DNA from: a virus
Lineage: Duplodnaviria > Caudoviricetes
Length of the DNA: 64,000 nucleotides
Direction: 5' to 3' (one strand)
IMG/VR virus record: IMGVR_UViG_3300031998_000017
Location: 32,001-96,000 of that record
Shown here: positions 1 through 14,800 of the stretch, one piece after another
Layout of the letters: each line of letters begins with the position of its first letter
How positions within the stretch are numbered: the stretch's first letter is position 1
Notes under the pieces: model-generated
Told to the model about the DNA's origin: nothing
What the model saw: only the letters and a program-made list of their open reading frames with translations
Database searches by the model: none
Translations under genes and position numbers: made by a program

Positions 1-1
1 A

Positions 2-379
2 ATTTATAATCCTATTAAATTAGATATGTATTTTTCATTATATCTTGTATATCTATATAGTAATTTTAGTTTTACTGATAAACAAAGAGAAGATGAAGAA
101 AAATTATATGATACTTTAAAGAGTAATGGTATATTAGATAAAATTATTGATGCAATTGATGATAATGAATATAATGATTTATATACAATGTTAGTTGAAA
201 CTGAAGATAAAAAAATGGAATATCGTAAAAGTCTTATAGGGTTAGTTAATGAATTGGCAAATAGCGTAAGCGAAAATGCAGATGCTTTAAAAGAAATTGC
301 TGATAAATTTCAACCTGAAAAATTCCAAAATGTAATAGATTTTGCGCAAGCTGCTAATGGTAACAGACCTATTGAATAA
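2..379 (+). CDS. Hypothetical protein, 5'-truncated; possible tail assembly chaperone
   Basis: Frame is open from base 2 to TAA at 377-379. Helical acidic protein immediately upstream of the tape measure gene; function inferred from position only. Confidence 0.55.
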   Translation: MYNPIKLDMYFSLYLVYLYSNFSFTDKQREDEEKLYDTLKSNGILDKIIDAIDDNEYNDLYTMLVETEDKKMEYRKSLIGLVNELANSVSENADALKEIADKFQPEKFQNVIDFAQAANGNRPIE

Positions 380-390
380 AATAAGTAGCA

Positions 391-407
391 GGCCAAATTA
401 GATTAAT
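391..407 (+). promoter_or_regulatory. Putative phage late promoter motif GG-N3-A-N7-TAAT (copy 1)
   Basis: GGCCAAATTAGATTAAT; same spacing in six + strand intergenic regions. Confidence 0.5.
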
Positions 408-410
408 ATT

Positions 411-457
411 ATTCCCTTAATTTACAAAGATAGTAAATGAAGGGAATTTTTTATTTT
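411..457 (+). terminator. Intrinsic terminator-like hairpin
   Basis: ATTCCCTTAATTTAC / GTAAATGAAGGGAAT inverted repeat followed by a T-tract. Confidence 0.65.
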
Positions 458-488
458 GTAATAAAGTTAAAAAAGGAGGAACAAGGAT

Positions 489-3400
489 ATGGGGACTATA
501 AACACAAATATTAATGTCGGTTTTAACATAGATAAAAATGGATATAGCCAATTAATTAATAGCTTGCAAAAAGTAGAAAAACTTGCTAATAATACTACTA
601 ATAAAAATAGTATTTCAAAAGAATTCCAAGTTGCTAGTAAAGCCGCACAAGATTTAAAAAGTATTTTAAATAGCTCCTGAGACTCTAAATTAAATCAAAT
701 AAATTTAACTAAGTTAAATGCTGAATTGAAAAAGTCTAAAACAACAGCTGCTGAATTTTATAATAAGTTAGCTCAAGGTGGACAAGTTGGTGCACAGGGT
801 GCTGATGCATTTGCACGTTCTATTTTAAATGCTAATACTCAACTACGTCAATCAAACCAACTATTAGATAAAATGGCAGTTACTTTTAAAAATACTGTTA
901 GATATGGTATATCTTCTAGTATTTTTAATACTATGACTAATTCTATTCAAAAAGCGTATAATTATACTAAAAACTTAGATACAAGTTTAAATGATATTAG
1001 AATAGTTTCTAACCAAAGCGCTGAAGAGATGGAGAGATTTGCGGTTGCCGCAAATAAAGCTGCTCAAGCACTAGGTAAGACAACTCTTGACTATACAAAA
1101 GCAGCCACAATCTATTTCCAACAAGGTTTGTCTCAAGATGAAGTAGAAAGAAGAACTGAAATTACTTTAAAAGCTGCTAATGTAACTGGTCAAAATGCTC
1201 AAGACGTATCTGAACAATTAACAGCAGTATGAAATGGTTATCGTATTCAAGGAGAAGAACTTGAAAGATATGTAGATAGACTAAGTGCTGTTGCTAAAAA
1301 TAGCGCGTCAAATCTAGAAGAATTATCTACAGGTATGAGTAAAGTTGCATCTGCAGCAAAAGAAATGGGCGTTGATATTGACCAATTAACTGCGCAAATG
1401 TCTACTATTATATCAGTTACTAGACAAGCACCTGAGTCTGTTGGTACTGCTTTAAGAACTATTTATGCACGTATAGCAGATATAAAAGCTGGATTAGATG
1501 ACGAAACTTCTCTTGGTAATTATACTGGTAAAATGGCTAAACTTGGTATTAATGTTTTAGACGCTAGTGGTAATCTTAGAGAAATGGGAAAAGTTATTGA
1601 AGAAGTTGGTACTAAATGAGCTTCTATGACTGATGAACAAAGAATTAGTTTAGCTCAAACAATGGCAGGTACTCGTCAATACAATAACTTACTTACTTTA
1701 TTTAACAACTGAGATAAATATCAAAAAGCATTAGAGATATCTAAAAATTCAGCAGGAGAATTGCAAAAACAACAAGATATTTTCATGGAAAGTACCGAAG
1801 CTCATTTACAACAATTACAAGCAGAGGCTGAAAAAACATATAGTATATTGTTTGACCAAAAAACAATTAAAAGTTTTGCAGACTTATTAACTAAAGTTGT
1901 AAGTACATTTAATGGTTATATAAAAGGTATTGGCGGTGGCGGAAATGCTATCTTAAATATGGGTATGCAAATTGCTAATTTATATAATAAACAAATTGGT
2001 AGCGCTATCGTTCGTAATGTTGAAAATGTTAAATCATGAATTAGTGAAATTGTTAATGGTGGAAAACAAATTGAAAAATTAAAAGAAAGTATTAGAGATA
2101 GTAGAAAAGAACAATTAGAAAAACAAGCTAATATAGAAGAAAAACCTTACATGACTGATTTTGCTAAAGCTTATCAAGATAACACAAATGACCAGGCAGA
2201 GATAATTGAACAAGCTTGAAAAGTTAGAAAAGGTTTAACGAATGAACAATTCAAAGAAATTCAAAATGAAGCTGAATTAGTTACTCAACTAAAAGATGAA
2301 GTAGCTTTAAACGAAGCTTTAGTTCAATATGGTAAAGATACTTATGATATAGGTAATTCTGCTGAAGCTAAAGCAGCAGTAGACCAACAAGAAAAAGCAT
2401 TAAATACAAGTATTGAGCAAAAAAATAAATTAATACAACTTGAAACTCAATTAAATACATTATCAGATGATTCAAATCAAAAAGAAGAAGTCAAAACAGA
2501 GATAGAAAAAACACAAAAAGATATTTTAGAAAATATTAGATTGAATCAAGGTTTATTAGATGATGACCGTGTTCGTACAGCAGGTGAGCTAGAAGAAAAA
2601 CTACAACGGGAAGAATTAACTGAAGTTGACATTAAAGATTTAAAACAAATGCAAAACGAGTTAATTCAAGAACAAAATAATAATTTAAAAGAAACTAAAG
2701 ATATAGCAGAAGCTGTAAAACAAGAAGAAGAGGGCGTTACTCAACAAAAAAGAGACCAAGCAGAGTTAACCAAAAAGAGTGTTAAAGATAAAATTGGGGA
2801 CGCTAATACCAGAAGTAACACAGCGAGTGCTGTCCAAGTTCTTACTGCAACTGTTCAAGGGATAAGCGCCGTTACTGGAGCTTTACAAACTTTAGGTGAT
2901 GAAGGGTCTAGTGCAGCTGATAAAACAAATGCAGCTTTTGCAGGAATCTCTGGTGCGACAGCAGCAATCTTTAATGCAATTGCTCCTGGGTCTGGCTTTA
3001 TTGTAATGGGTCTTGCTCAGGTTGGAAAAGACCTTTTAAAAATTTCTGGCTTATGAGAAAAATGAGAAAATTCTTTTAAAACTAGCAATGAATTATTAGA
3101 AGAGTTAACTGAAAGTGCGAAAAAATTTACTGCCGCAATGAAAGAACAATCTAATAATGTTACAACTACAGAACAAAATATTAAAAATCTTGAAGAAATT
3201 AAAGATAGATTTGAATATTTACAAAATTTAGCAGAAAAAGGATTGTTACCAGATGATTTAAGAACTGAGTATGAATCTTATTTGACTAAGGTTCAAGATT
3301 ATAATGATAATATTATTATTAGTTATGATAAACAAGGCAAAATGATTACTAATAATAATAATGCTTTAGATGAAACAATAAAAAAATTAAAAGAACAAAA

Positions 3401-6400
3401 TGAAGAATCTAAAAAGAATTTATATATAGGAGAAAACTGAGACAAATTTAAAGAACAACAAGAAAATGATTATAATGGTAAAAAAGAAGCTTGAAACAAA
3501 TATAAAGATGAAACACAATCTGAATTAGAAAGCTTAATGAAGAAGAAAGTTAGTACTGGTCATCGCCATTCTACTACATACCATTATTTAGATAAACTTG
3601 GTCTTTCTACAGATACATGGGAAGAAGATATTAAAGACCCAGAAGCATGGAAAGAAAAGGCTTTAAAAGCTCTTGATAATGCTGGTGAAGAAAGTCGTTA
3701 TGATGAGTTTGTAGAAAGAATTGAAAATTATTATAAAAAATTACAAGATATTAGGTCTAAATATGACCATAAAAAAGCAGAAACAATAGGTTCTTTAGCT
3801 ATTGACCCAAATTTCTTAATTAATAATTTAGCAACAGATCCTAATCAATCTAAAAACTATGCTGAATTAGCAAATAAATTAGGAGAGTCCAATTTAAATA
3901 GTATTTTAAAAGGGTATTTGAATGGATTGGATTTATCAGGCGATGAGTTTCAAAAAAATGGAAAACTTAGCTTGGAAAAAATTAGAGATACGTTAAGAGA
4001 ATTTAATAATTCTTTGCTTGTTTTATTTACTAATTCTGATAATGGAGAGGCATTACAAGGTTTTTATAAAAAAATTCAAGAATTAAAAAATAAGACTGGA
4101 GAAATGACTTCTCAGGCTTATGAAGAAAAAATGAGACAAGCTATTGAGGATTTTTTAAAAACATTAACAAAAGAACAATTTGAAGAATATAAAGATAAAT
4201 TAGCACAAATGTTTGGTGTTGATAGTGTTAGTGCTATGTGAGATGAAGAAAAGGGCTATGCCACATTAGGTAAAAATGGCGGTAATATAGTTACTTCAGG
4301 TGAGGCAACTGCGCGTAAAGCTGGACGTCTTATTGCAGAAACAAATGTTGCTAATGAAGAAGATAAAGAACCAGTAGCAAGAGAAATTGAATCTTATTTA
4401 CAAAATAGTTTCTCTGAAGTAGATTTATCTAAATTAGATTTAACTAAATTATCTCAAGATTTTAATCAACTTCTTTATGATGCGATACAATCTGGAGATA
4501 AAGAAATTGGTATTGATAAATTATTAGCAAAAGCTTTAAGTAATCAAGATGTAGACTTTGTTCAATCTGAAATTAATAAAGTTATTTCAGCAGAACAAAC
4601 GGAAATTGAAAATTTTGGTTTAGATACAAAAGAATTAAGTTCTTATAGTAAATATTTAACTGAAATTGCAACTAAAAATAAACAATTAGCAGACTCTTTA
4701 GAAGAAGATGGTGAAAGTGCAGTTGTTGTTGCTAAGTCTGTAATGAGGCTTAACAATGGTGTTAAAACATTAAATACTAATTTTAAAGAATGAAATGATG
4801 TTTTAAAGAAAAGTGCAAAAGATAGTGAAGAATATTTTAATGCATTAGATAGTACTAAAGAAGCTATTGCAGATATCTTAGACGTAGAAAAGAAAGCGGT
4901 ATCTAATAAATTTATTGAGACACATTTAGATGATATTGCTAAAGCTGCAGAGGGAAATGAGAAAGCAATAGAAAAATTAAGAAATGAATATGCAGATTCT
5001 ATTTTATTAGATATAATGATAAAAAATGAAATAGATGTAGATTCTCAAAATGCATTAAAACAACAATTAGATAATCTTCAAGCGGAAATTCCTAAAATTG
5101 AAGTGGGAACTAAAATTGATGTAGATTCTATGAATGAATCTGAAGAAAAATTTATGAATGCTTGTATGAGCATTGTCAAAAATGCTAAAATGACAGCAGA
5201 ACAAGCAAAAGAATTTTTCTCTTCTATTGGATTTGATGCTGAGGTAGAAACTAAATCTGAACCTGTTGAAAAAACTGGTTATAGTACTATTACAGCTACT
5301 AAAATGTTAGGATATGATACTTTTGACACTGTAGATGGTGATGGGAACGTAAAACAAGTAAAAATTCCTTCTTATGAAACATTTACTAAACCAGGAACTC
5401 CATATAAATATACAGATTATGTTGATGTAGTAGCGATGTCAGCAGATGGCACTCCAAAAATAAAAGAGATAACTAAAAAAGGTGTAGGTTCAATGAACAA
5501 CCTATCTACACAAAATCCTGGTGGCGGATCAGGAAAGAGTGGAAAAAGTGGTTCATCTGCAAAGGCCGCTAAAAAAGACCCTAATAAAGACCAATTAGAT
5601 AGATATCAAAAAGTAAATGTCCAATTAAAAGAAATCAGTAAGCAATTAACTTCATTAGATAAACAAAAAAATAAATTGCTTGGTGGAGATTTAGTTAAAA
5701 ATTTAAATCAACAAGTTGATTTATTAAATAGACAAATTGAAGTTACCGAAGCAAAATTAAAAATTGCACAAGATGAACAAAGAGAAGTAGCTAGTGACTT
5801 ATCTAAATATGGTATTTCATTTGATAGCGATGGCAATATTGCAAATTATGCGCAAATATTTAAACAAGAGCAAGATAAATTAAATGCTGTATATGCTGCA
5901 TTTAATGGAATGAGTAAAGATGCTCAAGAGGCTTATCAAGATACCGTAAAAGCAGCTGAAGACTCTTGAAAGACATTTAAAGATAGTATTTCTAAATATG
6001 ACAATTTAATTGGTGATACAATTCCTCAGTTATATCAAGATATTCAGGATGCTTATGATAAACAAACTGAAAATCTTATTGAACAATTCAATATGGAAAT
6101 TAAAATCCGTTTGGATATGTCAGAAGCAACTAGAGACTGAAATGATTTTAAACGTAGAATTATAGATGGTATTAAAGATGATGATATACTTGGTACTACA
6201 AAAGCAAAAATAAAAGATTTCTTTAGTTATTACAATGAAGAAGGAACTGGAGAAATTCAAGCTCTTACTAAACATATCCAAGAACAGCTTGAAGAAATTA
6301 GAAAACAAGAAGAAGAAAATGGTGGAGATTGGTATAGAGATAATGACGCTAAAGCTTTTGAAGATTTAAAAGAATATTATGAAAAAATAAAAGGTCCTTT

Positions 6401-8702
6401 AACAGATATAGCTGAACTTGAAGAATTTGTTATCCAACAATTCTTAGCTTCTATGGATGAGGCGCAAGAAAAATTTGATGAACAAATTGATACTTTTGAA
6501 AATATAAATAAACATTTAGACCATAATATAGAATTAATAAATTTATTAACAGACCAAGATGATTATGAAAAATTGGCAGAACAATATGCTGCTCAAACTA
6601 AGAATAGACAAGACGAGCTTGATTTTTATACACAACAAAAAGATTTCTGAGCTAACTATTTAGACACTCTTGAAGAGGGTAGCGAAGAATGAAAAAATGC
6701 AAAAGAAAAATATAATGAAGCAGCAGAGGCTTGGAAAGGCGCAATAACAAATACCGTTCAAGCAGCTAGAGCAGAGTTTGAAAACAGTATAAAGTCAATT
6801 TTTAAAACAATAAATAATCAATTAACAAATAATAAAGGTTTAAGTTATTTAAACGAAGAGTGAGAATTGCTTGGAACTAATAGTGAATTAGTATTAGATA
6901 ATATTAATAAAATGCAAGGTTTCCAAGAATTAACTAAAAAATATAATGATGCAATTAATAGCACATCAAATGTAACTGCTCAGAAGAAACTTGCTCAATT
7001 GCGCGACCAAGAATTAGAGTCATTAAAAGCAATGGGAGGTTTAAGCGAACAAGATTTAGAAAGAGCAGAAAAGAAATTAGAAATTGTTAAAGCGCAAATT
7101 GCTCTTGAAGATGCTCAAAGAAATAAATCTCAAATGAGATTAAGAAGAGATAGTCAAGGTAATTATAGATATCAATTTGTTGCGGATGAAGAAGAAATTC
7201 AACAAGCACAACAAAATTTATATGCGGCTTATAATGAGTTATATAATTTCGATAAATCAAGATATATAAGTAATTTAAATGATGCAGCTCAAGCATGGCA
7301 AGAATACCAAGAAAAAATGGCGGAAGCCGCATTAATCAATGACCCTGAAAAGAGAGCAGAAAAAGAAGCCTTAATTAAGGAGCAATATGATGAACGTATT
7401 GGTATATTGCATGAACAATTACAAAGAGTAATGTCTGAATTAAATCAATCAACATTTGCAGAATTAAATGCTTTGTATGGTGAAAATGAAGCAAATTATG
7501 AGTTAATGACTGAAGAACAAAAAGCAGCACTTAATGATTTCAATAGTGCAAATCAAACTGCTTTTGATTTAGTATTTGATTTATATACTGATAATACTGA
7601 AAAATTCCGCAATATGGCGCAAGACCAAATTAATGTTATTCAAAAACAAATGGTTCCTCAATGAGAATCTGGTTATCAAGATTTGGTAAATGCTATTGAA
7701 GGAGAAGGCGGTATTGAACAAGTTTCTAATCGTATGATGGAAGAAATGCAAACCGCTATTGATAAATATAAAGAGTCTCTTGGGATAACTGGAGACGCTG
7801 CCGGGGATACTTTTGATGCAATTACAAGTGCACAAAATGAAGTTATTACTAGAACTACCCAAATGTTGAAAGGTAATAATGACCTTATTGCTCAATACCA
7901 AACTATGATTGATGAAATGAAAAAGTTATATTATGGTGAGGGAGAAAATAATGAGGGCGGCCTTATTGGTTTCATGAAAGCCTTTAAAGAGGAAGCTGAT
8001 GCGGCTAAAAAAGCAGCAGAAGATGCTTATGATAAAATTCAAGAAATAAATAAAGCACAAGCAGAAGCAGCTAAAAAGAATACTGATGAAGGCTCAAAAG
8101 CAAACGAACCTCCTACAACTCCAGTATCTCAACCTACTGCAGTTCCTAATTCTGGAGGAAATAATAGTGGCGGCGGAGATGGTGTTCCAAGTATAGGTGA
8201 TAGAGTTAAATTTGAAAACGGAGATTACTATGCTAATTCTTATGGTGGTGGAAACCATTATGGATATCATCATGGTGAAATGGCAACTATCACATATCTT
8301 AATCCAAAAGGTAGCCATCCATATCATTTAAATGATTGAGGATGGGTAAAGAAATCTCAAATCAGCGGTTATGATACAGGTGGTTATACAGGAGAATGGG
8401 GTAACTCAGGTAGATTAGCAATGCTACATCAAAAAGAGTTAGTTCTTAATAGACAAGACACTGCTAATATGTTGAATGCAATAGAAATTATGCGTGGTAT
8501 TACAGATAATATAGGCGCAGATTTACTAGGAAGAATGGCTGGTATGACAGCAGGTGGATTTAATTCATCTATTGCAAATGGTACATTAGACCAAAATGTA
8601 CATATTGAAGCAACATTCCCTGGAGTAACAAGTTCTATTGAAATTCAAGATGCTTTAAATAATTTAGTAAACATGGCAGCTCAAAGAGCGCAAGTTAAAT
8701 AA
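489..8702 (+). CDS. Tail tape measure protein (2737 aa in code 4) with C-terminal SH3-like domain
   Basis: AAGGAGG RBS. Twelve track ORFs share one frame and are separated only by about 19 TGA codons. TP901-type TMP motifs (LDTSLNDIRIVS, ESVGTALRTIYAR, MAGTRQYNNL), long coiled coils, C-terminal GYDTGGYTG...LAMLHQKELVLN; ends at TAA. Confidence 0.92.
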
Positions 8703-8734
8703 GAGATGGCGGAGAGTCATCTCTTTTTTATTTT
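8702..8734 (+). terminator. Intrinsic terminator
   Basis: AGAGATGGC-GGAGA-GTCATCTCT followed by a T-tract. Confidence 0.8.
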
Positions 8735-8751
8735 GGGCTAATTTATATAAT
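8735..8751 (+). promoter_or_regulatory. Putative late promoter motif (copy 2)
   Basis: GGGCTAATTTATATAAT directly after the terminator. Confidence 0.5.
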
Positions 8752-8819
8752 AGTAGGTAGTAAAAACTGAAATAAAAATAAAGGATTAACGATTGAAATA
8801 AAAGGAGAGATGAGGAGTT

Positions 8820-11800
8820 ATGAATAACAATTATGAGAATAAAATTCTTGATGCTATTCAAACTTTAGTAGATAACGCAGTTAGCAAAGCTGGTTATGAT
8901 AAAACTATTAAAGGTATTATTTCTAAATGTGTTAATGAAAGCACTGGGAAATATGTAGTTAGATATCAAGATAGCACTTTCTATGCTTATAGCAATGATT
9001 TAGACTCTGTATATAGTGGCGGAACTTCAGTATATGTTCTTATTCCTGGTAATGATATGTCACAAACTAAAACGATTCTTGGTTCTGTTGATAAACTAGG
9101 TACTGAATATATTAGTTTAACTGAATCAAATGCTGCTTATCAAGAAGTTGGTAATTCAATTGTCACTTCTAGAGGAGACCGTTTAGGAGTTAGTTCTTAT
9201 ACTCCAGGTGGAGATACTTTAGTTATTTATGACAAAGATAATTCTGCAGAAGATAATAAAGTTGATGTAGATATAGAAGGAGCTAATATATATTTTCAAA
9301 ATGCTAGTTATCTTGAAATTGGTGGCACATTTACCACTAAATTGAGTGATGAGCAAAAGAGAAAAGGTAATTATGGATTAGTTTTTGATATTGATTTCCG
9401 CGATGGTGCGGTGGATATAGATGAAGAAGAAATTGAAAATCATCTTATAAATAAAAAATTTGTTTTAGATATTAATTCTATGACAGGAAATCCATATTCA
9501 TATAATTTTGGAAGTGAACAAAATATTATATATGAAATTGATGGAGCTAATTTTTATAGATTAAATCGTATTACTCTTGAATGTAAAAATTTCCCTAAGA
9601 GTAGTACTCCACCTTGTATTAATGATATTTTTGTTGAAGATATAATTATGAAGGCTTTAACACCTTTAACAAGAGATGAAATTGCAAGTAATTCTTTAAC
9701 TTTTATAACTAAACAAGGTACTTATTTTAGTGATACAGATTTATCTAGTGCATCTAGATTAATTGAAACTGAAGTAAAAATTGATAAAAAAGTAGTACCA
9801 AGCACAAGTGATTTATTAAGATACTATTGGTTTAAACAAGATAGTACAATAGGTATTACAAGTATTGATTATTCACCTTTTGGCGGACCTGGATGGAGAA
9901 TTTTAAATGATTATAATGTTATTGATGAGACTAATAATATTAGAGATTATTTAACTGATGCAAATACTCTTACAGTGATAAAAGATTCACAAACTGAAAC
10001 TGAAGGGCGTGAACATCCTGAGTGGCATAACTTAGCAAAAGAGAATGAATATAAATGTGTAATTATATTTAATAATGAAATTCAAGTAGAAAGAAATATT
10101 ATTATATATAATCAAGCATCTCATTATACTATTTCTATTACATCTGACGAGGGTAACTATTTTAAATATAGCGAAGGTCGTCCAACATTAACTTGTACTG
10201 TTGACACTGATGTAACTCCAATGCCTACTTATAGTTATCAATGGAGTGTTACAGATAGTTCTAATAGAACTAGACCTTTAGCAGAAACAACTACTGAAAA
10301 CAATATTTATAATGGATATATAACAACAAGAGATACGTTATTAGAGAAAAAAGCAAGTGGCGTATGGACTGCTGAAGATGAGGCTAGTTTACTTGAAGCT
10401 GAAAGAAATATTGAAAATTATGATAAAAATGTCATGAGAATAGAAGGCAATAAAATCTATAACATAGAATTAGGTGAAATTGCTAATTTTAATAAGTATA
10501 CATGTTCTATATCATCAAGTGGAAATTTTTTAGGAAAATCAGATATTATAATTACAAATAGTTGGGACAAAGAAGATAACAGTTATTCTATGATTATGGA
10601 AAATGGCGACCAAATTTTCAAATATAATGAAAATGGTATTGCGCCAACAAACAAATCATTAGCCAAACCTATTGTTATAAAACCACTTCAATTTAGTGTT
10701 TATAATGAAAAAGGTCAACAAGTAGAAGATAATAAAATTGCGTCTACTGATGTTTCTTGGTATGTTCCTAAAGAAAACACAATGTTAAAAATTTCTGATA
10801 CTGGTATTGAACCAATAGAAGAAAAAGATTATTTAGTTTATACAGGAGTTAAAACTTTAAATTTTGAAATTGCTCCTTTATATAACAATAAAAAAATGAA
10901 TAACTCTATTAAATTAAAAGTTAAATATAATGATAGAGTTTTAATAGCTAACTCTGAATTAGAATTTATTAAAGAAGGAGAAATAGGGTCTAATGGAACT
11001 GATTTTGTATGTAGAATAGTTCCTAACGTAGCTGAAAATAGCCCAGTGCCTATGTATCCTACTTTTACAGCAGATATGAGTGTAAATCCTGTAACTGGAA
11101 ATATGAATTATACTAGACCTGTTGGAGAATTAGATAAATGATTTAAAATTCAATTATATAAAGATGGAGTGTTAATTTATGAAGGTGTTTCATCAGGAAC
11201 GTCTGATGAAGATAAAGCAGTTACTATTAATTGGTCAATGCTTACAAACAAATATTCAAGTACTATTTCTGATAGCACAAGCTTTAGTGTAAATTCAAGT
11301 ACTGGTGCTTTTTCTTATGTAGATTTAGATACTACTTTAGATAGAGCGGCAAATATTGTTAAAGCAACAGTTAGTTATAATAATATGACATATTATGCAA
11401 CTATGCCTATTATATTAGTTCAAGCAATTAACACAAATAGTATAAGTTATAATATTGATTTAGATAATAATACTGGTTTTAGATATGCAATATATACAAC
11501 AGATGGAATTAATCCAGCATATGATAGTAGCAACCCATTTGCGCTAAGAGTATATCAAACTGTTGGTGGAGTAAAGCAAGACATAAGTGTTGCCACAGGA
11601 ACTGCCACTGTTGATTATAATTGGTCTGTTTTAGGATGTGTTTATGATTCTACTTATGTATCACCTCGTCCTGGAGACCAAATGTATTGACCATCTTGTG
11701 GCAACTTGGTAGAAAAAGCACATACAAATGCAAATCCATTAGCGCATAATGAAAAAGATTATAAACCTATTGAAAAATTTGATGGGTTAAGTGTTAATAA

Positions 11801-14800
11801 TGCGTTAAGATGTATTATAAAAAGAAATAACGAAGAATTAGTAAGAGTTTATTTACCAATTCATCTTTATTTAAATAGATATGGAAATTCAGCTTTAAAT
11901 GGTTGAGATGGTAATCATATTGAAATCAATTCAAATGGTGGATTTATATTAGCGCCTCAAATAGGAGCTGGTAGAAAAGAACAAAATAATTCTTATACTG
12001 GTGTATTTATGAGTTCTGTTCGTGAAGCCGGTTCTAATACTGAAGAAGTTGGATTATTTGGGTATAATAGTGGTGCTCGTACTATTGAGTTAAATGCAGA
12101 AGATGGCTCTGCGCAATTTGGTGCTGGTCGTGGTAGAATTACTATCAAACCAGGAGAAAATAGCGCAAAACTTTATTCAAGCAATTATAGAGTAGATAGA
12201 GTTACCCCAAGTAGCATAGGGCAAACAACTTATCAATTAGGATATTCTTATTGAAGAAAAGAAACTGATAATAGTTATACTCTATTAAGAGCTAGATTAG
12301 ATAATCAAACACTTGGACCAAATGATTATCATATTGGAGATACGATTCCTGGTAATGTTTGGGTTTGGTCTGGCGGAGAAGGATTAGAAATAGATTTACA
12401 CGACCCGCATATTAGATTTGGTAGTGGTTATTTTAGAATTGATTCAGATGGACAATTATATGCGACAGGATTTACTACTGTTTATGAATTAGAACAAGGA
12501 TTATATAATATACCTGCTGAATCTGTAAAAGTTGATGGTTCGACTGCTTTACCTACTGTTTTAAGTAATTTACAAAGTCAAATAGATGGAGCAATTCAGT
12601 TTTGGAATGGTGAGGACCTTCCACTTCCAAACTCACAATATTCAGATTGGTCATACGCTAATTATCCAGCAGAAGATTGGACAACCGAAGAAGACCGTGA
12701 AAATCATAGGGCAGATGTATATACAGTAATCTATGATGAACAAGGTGTTTGGAAGCAAGGTAAAGGATATAGATTTGATAAAATTGAAACATCTCCAGGT
12801 GTTGAAAAATGATTATGAATTGAGCTAACAGATAATGAGTTAAGCGCAGTTCAAGCTTTAGCAGAAAGTAAAGCTAAAGTATGAGTTGTTCAACCAACAC
12901 CTCCTTATACATATGGAGATTTATGATTTAACAATGGAGATTTATATGGTGTTAAACCTGGGCATGAAAAAGATAATACTGGTTCTTTTTCTGCAGATGA
13001 CTGGGAATTAGCAACCAAATATACTGACAATACTGCTTTAAATACTTTTATTTCTAATACCTATAGTCCAACAGTACAATCATTACAAACACAAGTTGAT
13101 GGTAAAAGCGAAACTTGGTATCAAACTGCAGACCCTTCTACTTCATGAACAACAGCTGAATTAAAAGCTAAACATGAAGGTGATTTATGGTTTAATCCAA
13201 GTGAAAATAAAAATTATATATATCAAAAGAACTCAAGCAATGTATATGAATGAAAAGAGGTTGATGGAGTTCCGCAAACTGTTTATGATAAAATAGATGG
13301 TAAAGCGCAAATATTTGCTTCTCAACCTACACCTCCATATAGAGAGAATGACTTATGAGTTCAAGGAGAAAATGGTGATATCAAATATTGTATTAATACT
13401 AGATTATCAGGTTCTTTTGTAGATACTGATTGAGATATATCTAGTAAATATACTGATGATACCACTGCAAATCAAGTTCAAACTAATTTAAATAACTTAC
13501 AGATTGGTGCTAGAAACTTAGCTAGAAAAGGCGCCATTGTTAATTATAGTGGTTATACTACTGTTGTAGATACTAATTATCGCACAGATGGAAGTTGTAA
13601 TTTTTCTAGAGTTGCGCAACCTTATGATGGAGTTATTTTAGATAGATACATTAATTATAAACAAGGACAAAAATATATTATATCATTTCAAATTAAAAAA
13701 GTTTCTGGAACTGTTAATAATTTTTATTTATGAGATGATGGTTCTAAACCTCATACAAATAGTAAAGTATTTATAGATGGGGTTGAGTCAGGAACTTTAA
13801 AGAAATTATATACTTATCCTAATGATACAAATTATCATACTATTCAAATTTATTTTACAGGAACTGCTAAAACAACAGCAGAAGTTGAAGGCACTGACCC
13901 TTCTTATCATATTTTAATTCAACCTTCAAGAAATGATTCTGTTGCTTATGAAATGCAAATATTTAACTTTAAGATAGAAGAAGGAACAAAACCAACTAAC
14001 TGGACAAGACCTCCTGAAGATGAAGTTAAAACACTAGATGTAGAATATTATTTATCAACATCAAGTACGTCTCTTAGTGGAGGTAGTTGGAGTGTTACTG
14101 CTCCAGAATGAGTAGATGGTAAGTATATGTGGAGTCGTCAAAAATTAACTTATGGCGATGGCTCTTATGAATATAAAAATGAAACTTGTATTGCCGGTGC
14201 AACTGGAGCTACAGGTTCTACTGGTACAGGTATTGAATCAATTACTGAACAATATTATTTATCAACAAGAAAAGATACTCAGGCAGGCGGATCATGGGTT
14301 GATTCTCCACCAGCTTGAGAAAATGGTAAATATATTTGAACTAGAAGTAAAATAATATATAAAAACCCTTCTTCAACAGCGTATACAACGCCTTTATGTT
14401 CAAGTGAATGAGAAGCAATAAATGATTTAATAGTTGGTGGTCGTAACTTATTACAAAGAACGCAAGCATTTACTAATACTGGAGTTCAATCTACTGAGAT
14501 GGGTTATATGAAAAGTGGATATGCTATTTCAGGAACTTACAACAATTTTGTAACAAGAGGTTTTACAACAGCAATTACATCTATGAGCACTTTAACAGAA
14601 TATCAAGTATTAAATTGTAAACCAAAAGAACAATATACATTCTCATTTTATGCTAAGGGTGATGGTAGAGGTCGTGCATATTTTTATGGACCTAGTGGAT
14701 ATATACAAATTGCTCAAATAAAAGGAACTTCTGATGCAACAGGAACTATTACTACTAGAAATGATAATGATGGGCGTTTTGATTTTACACTAAGTAATGA

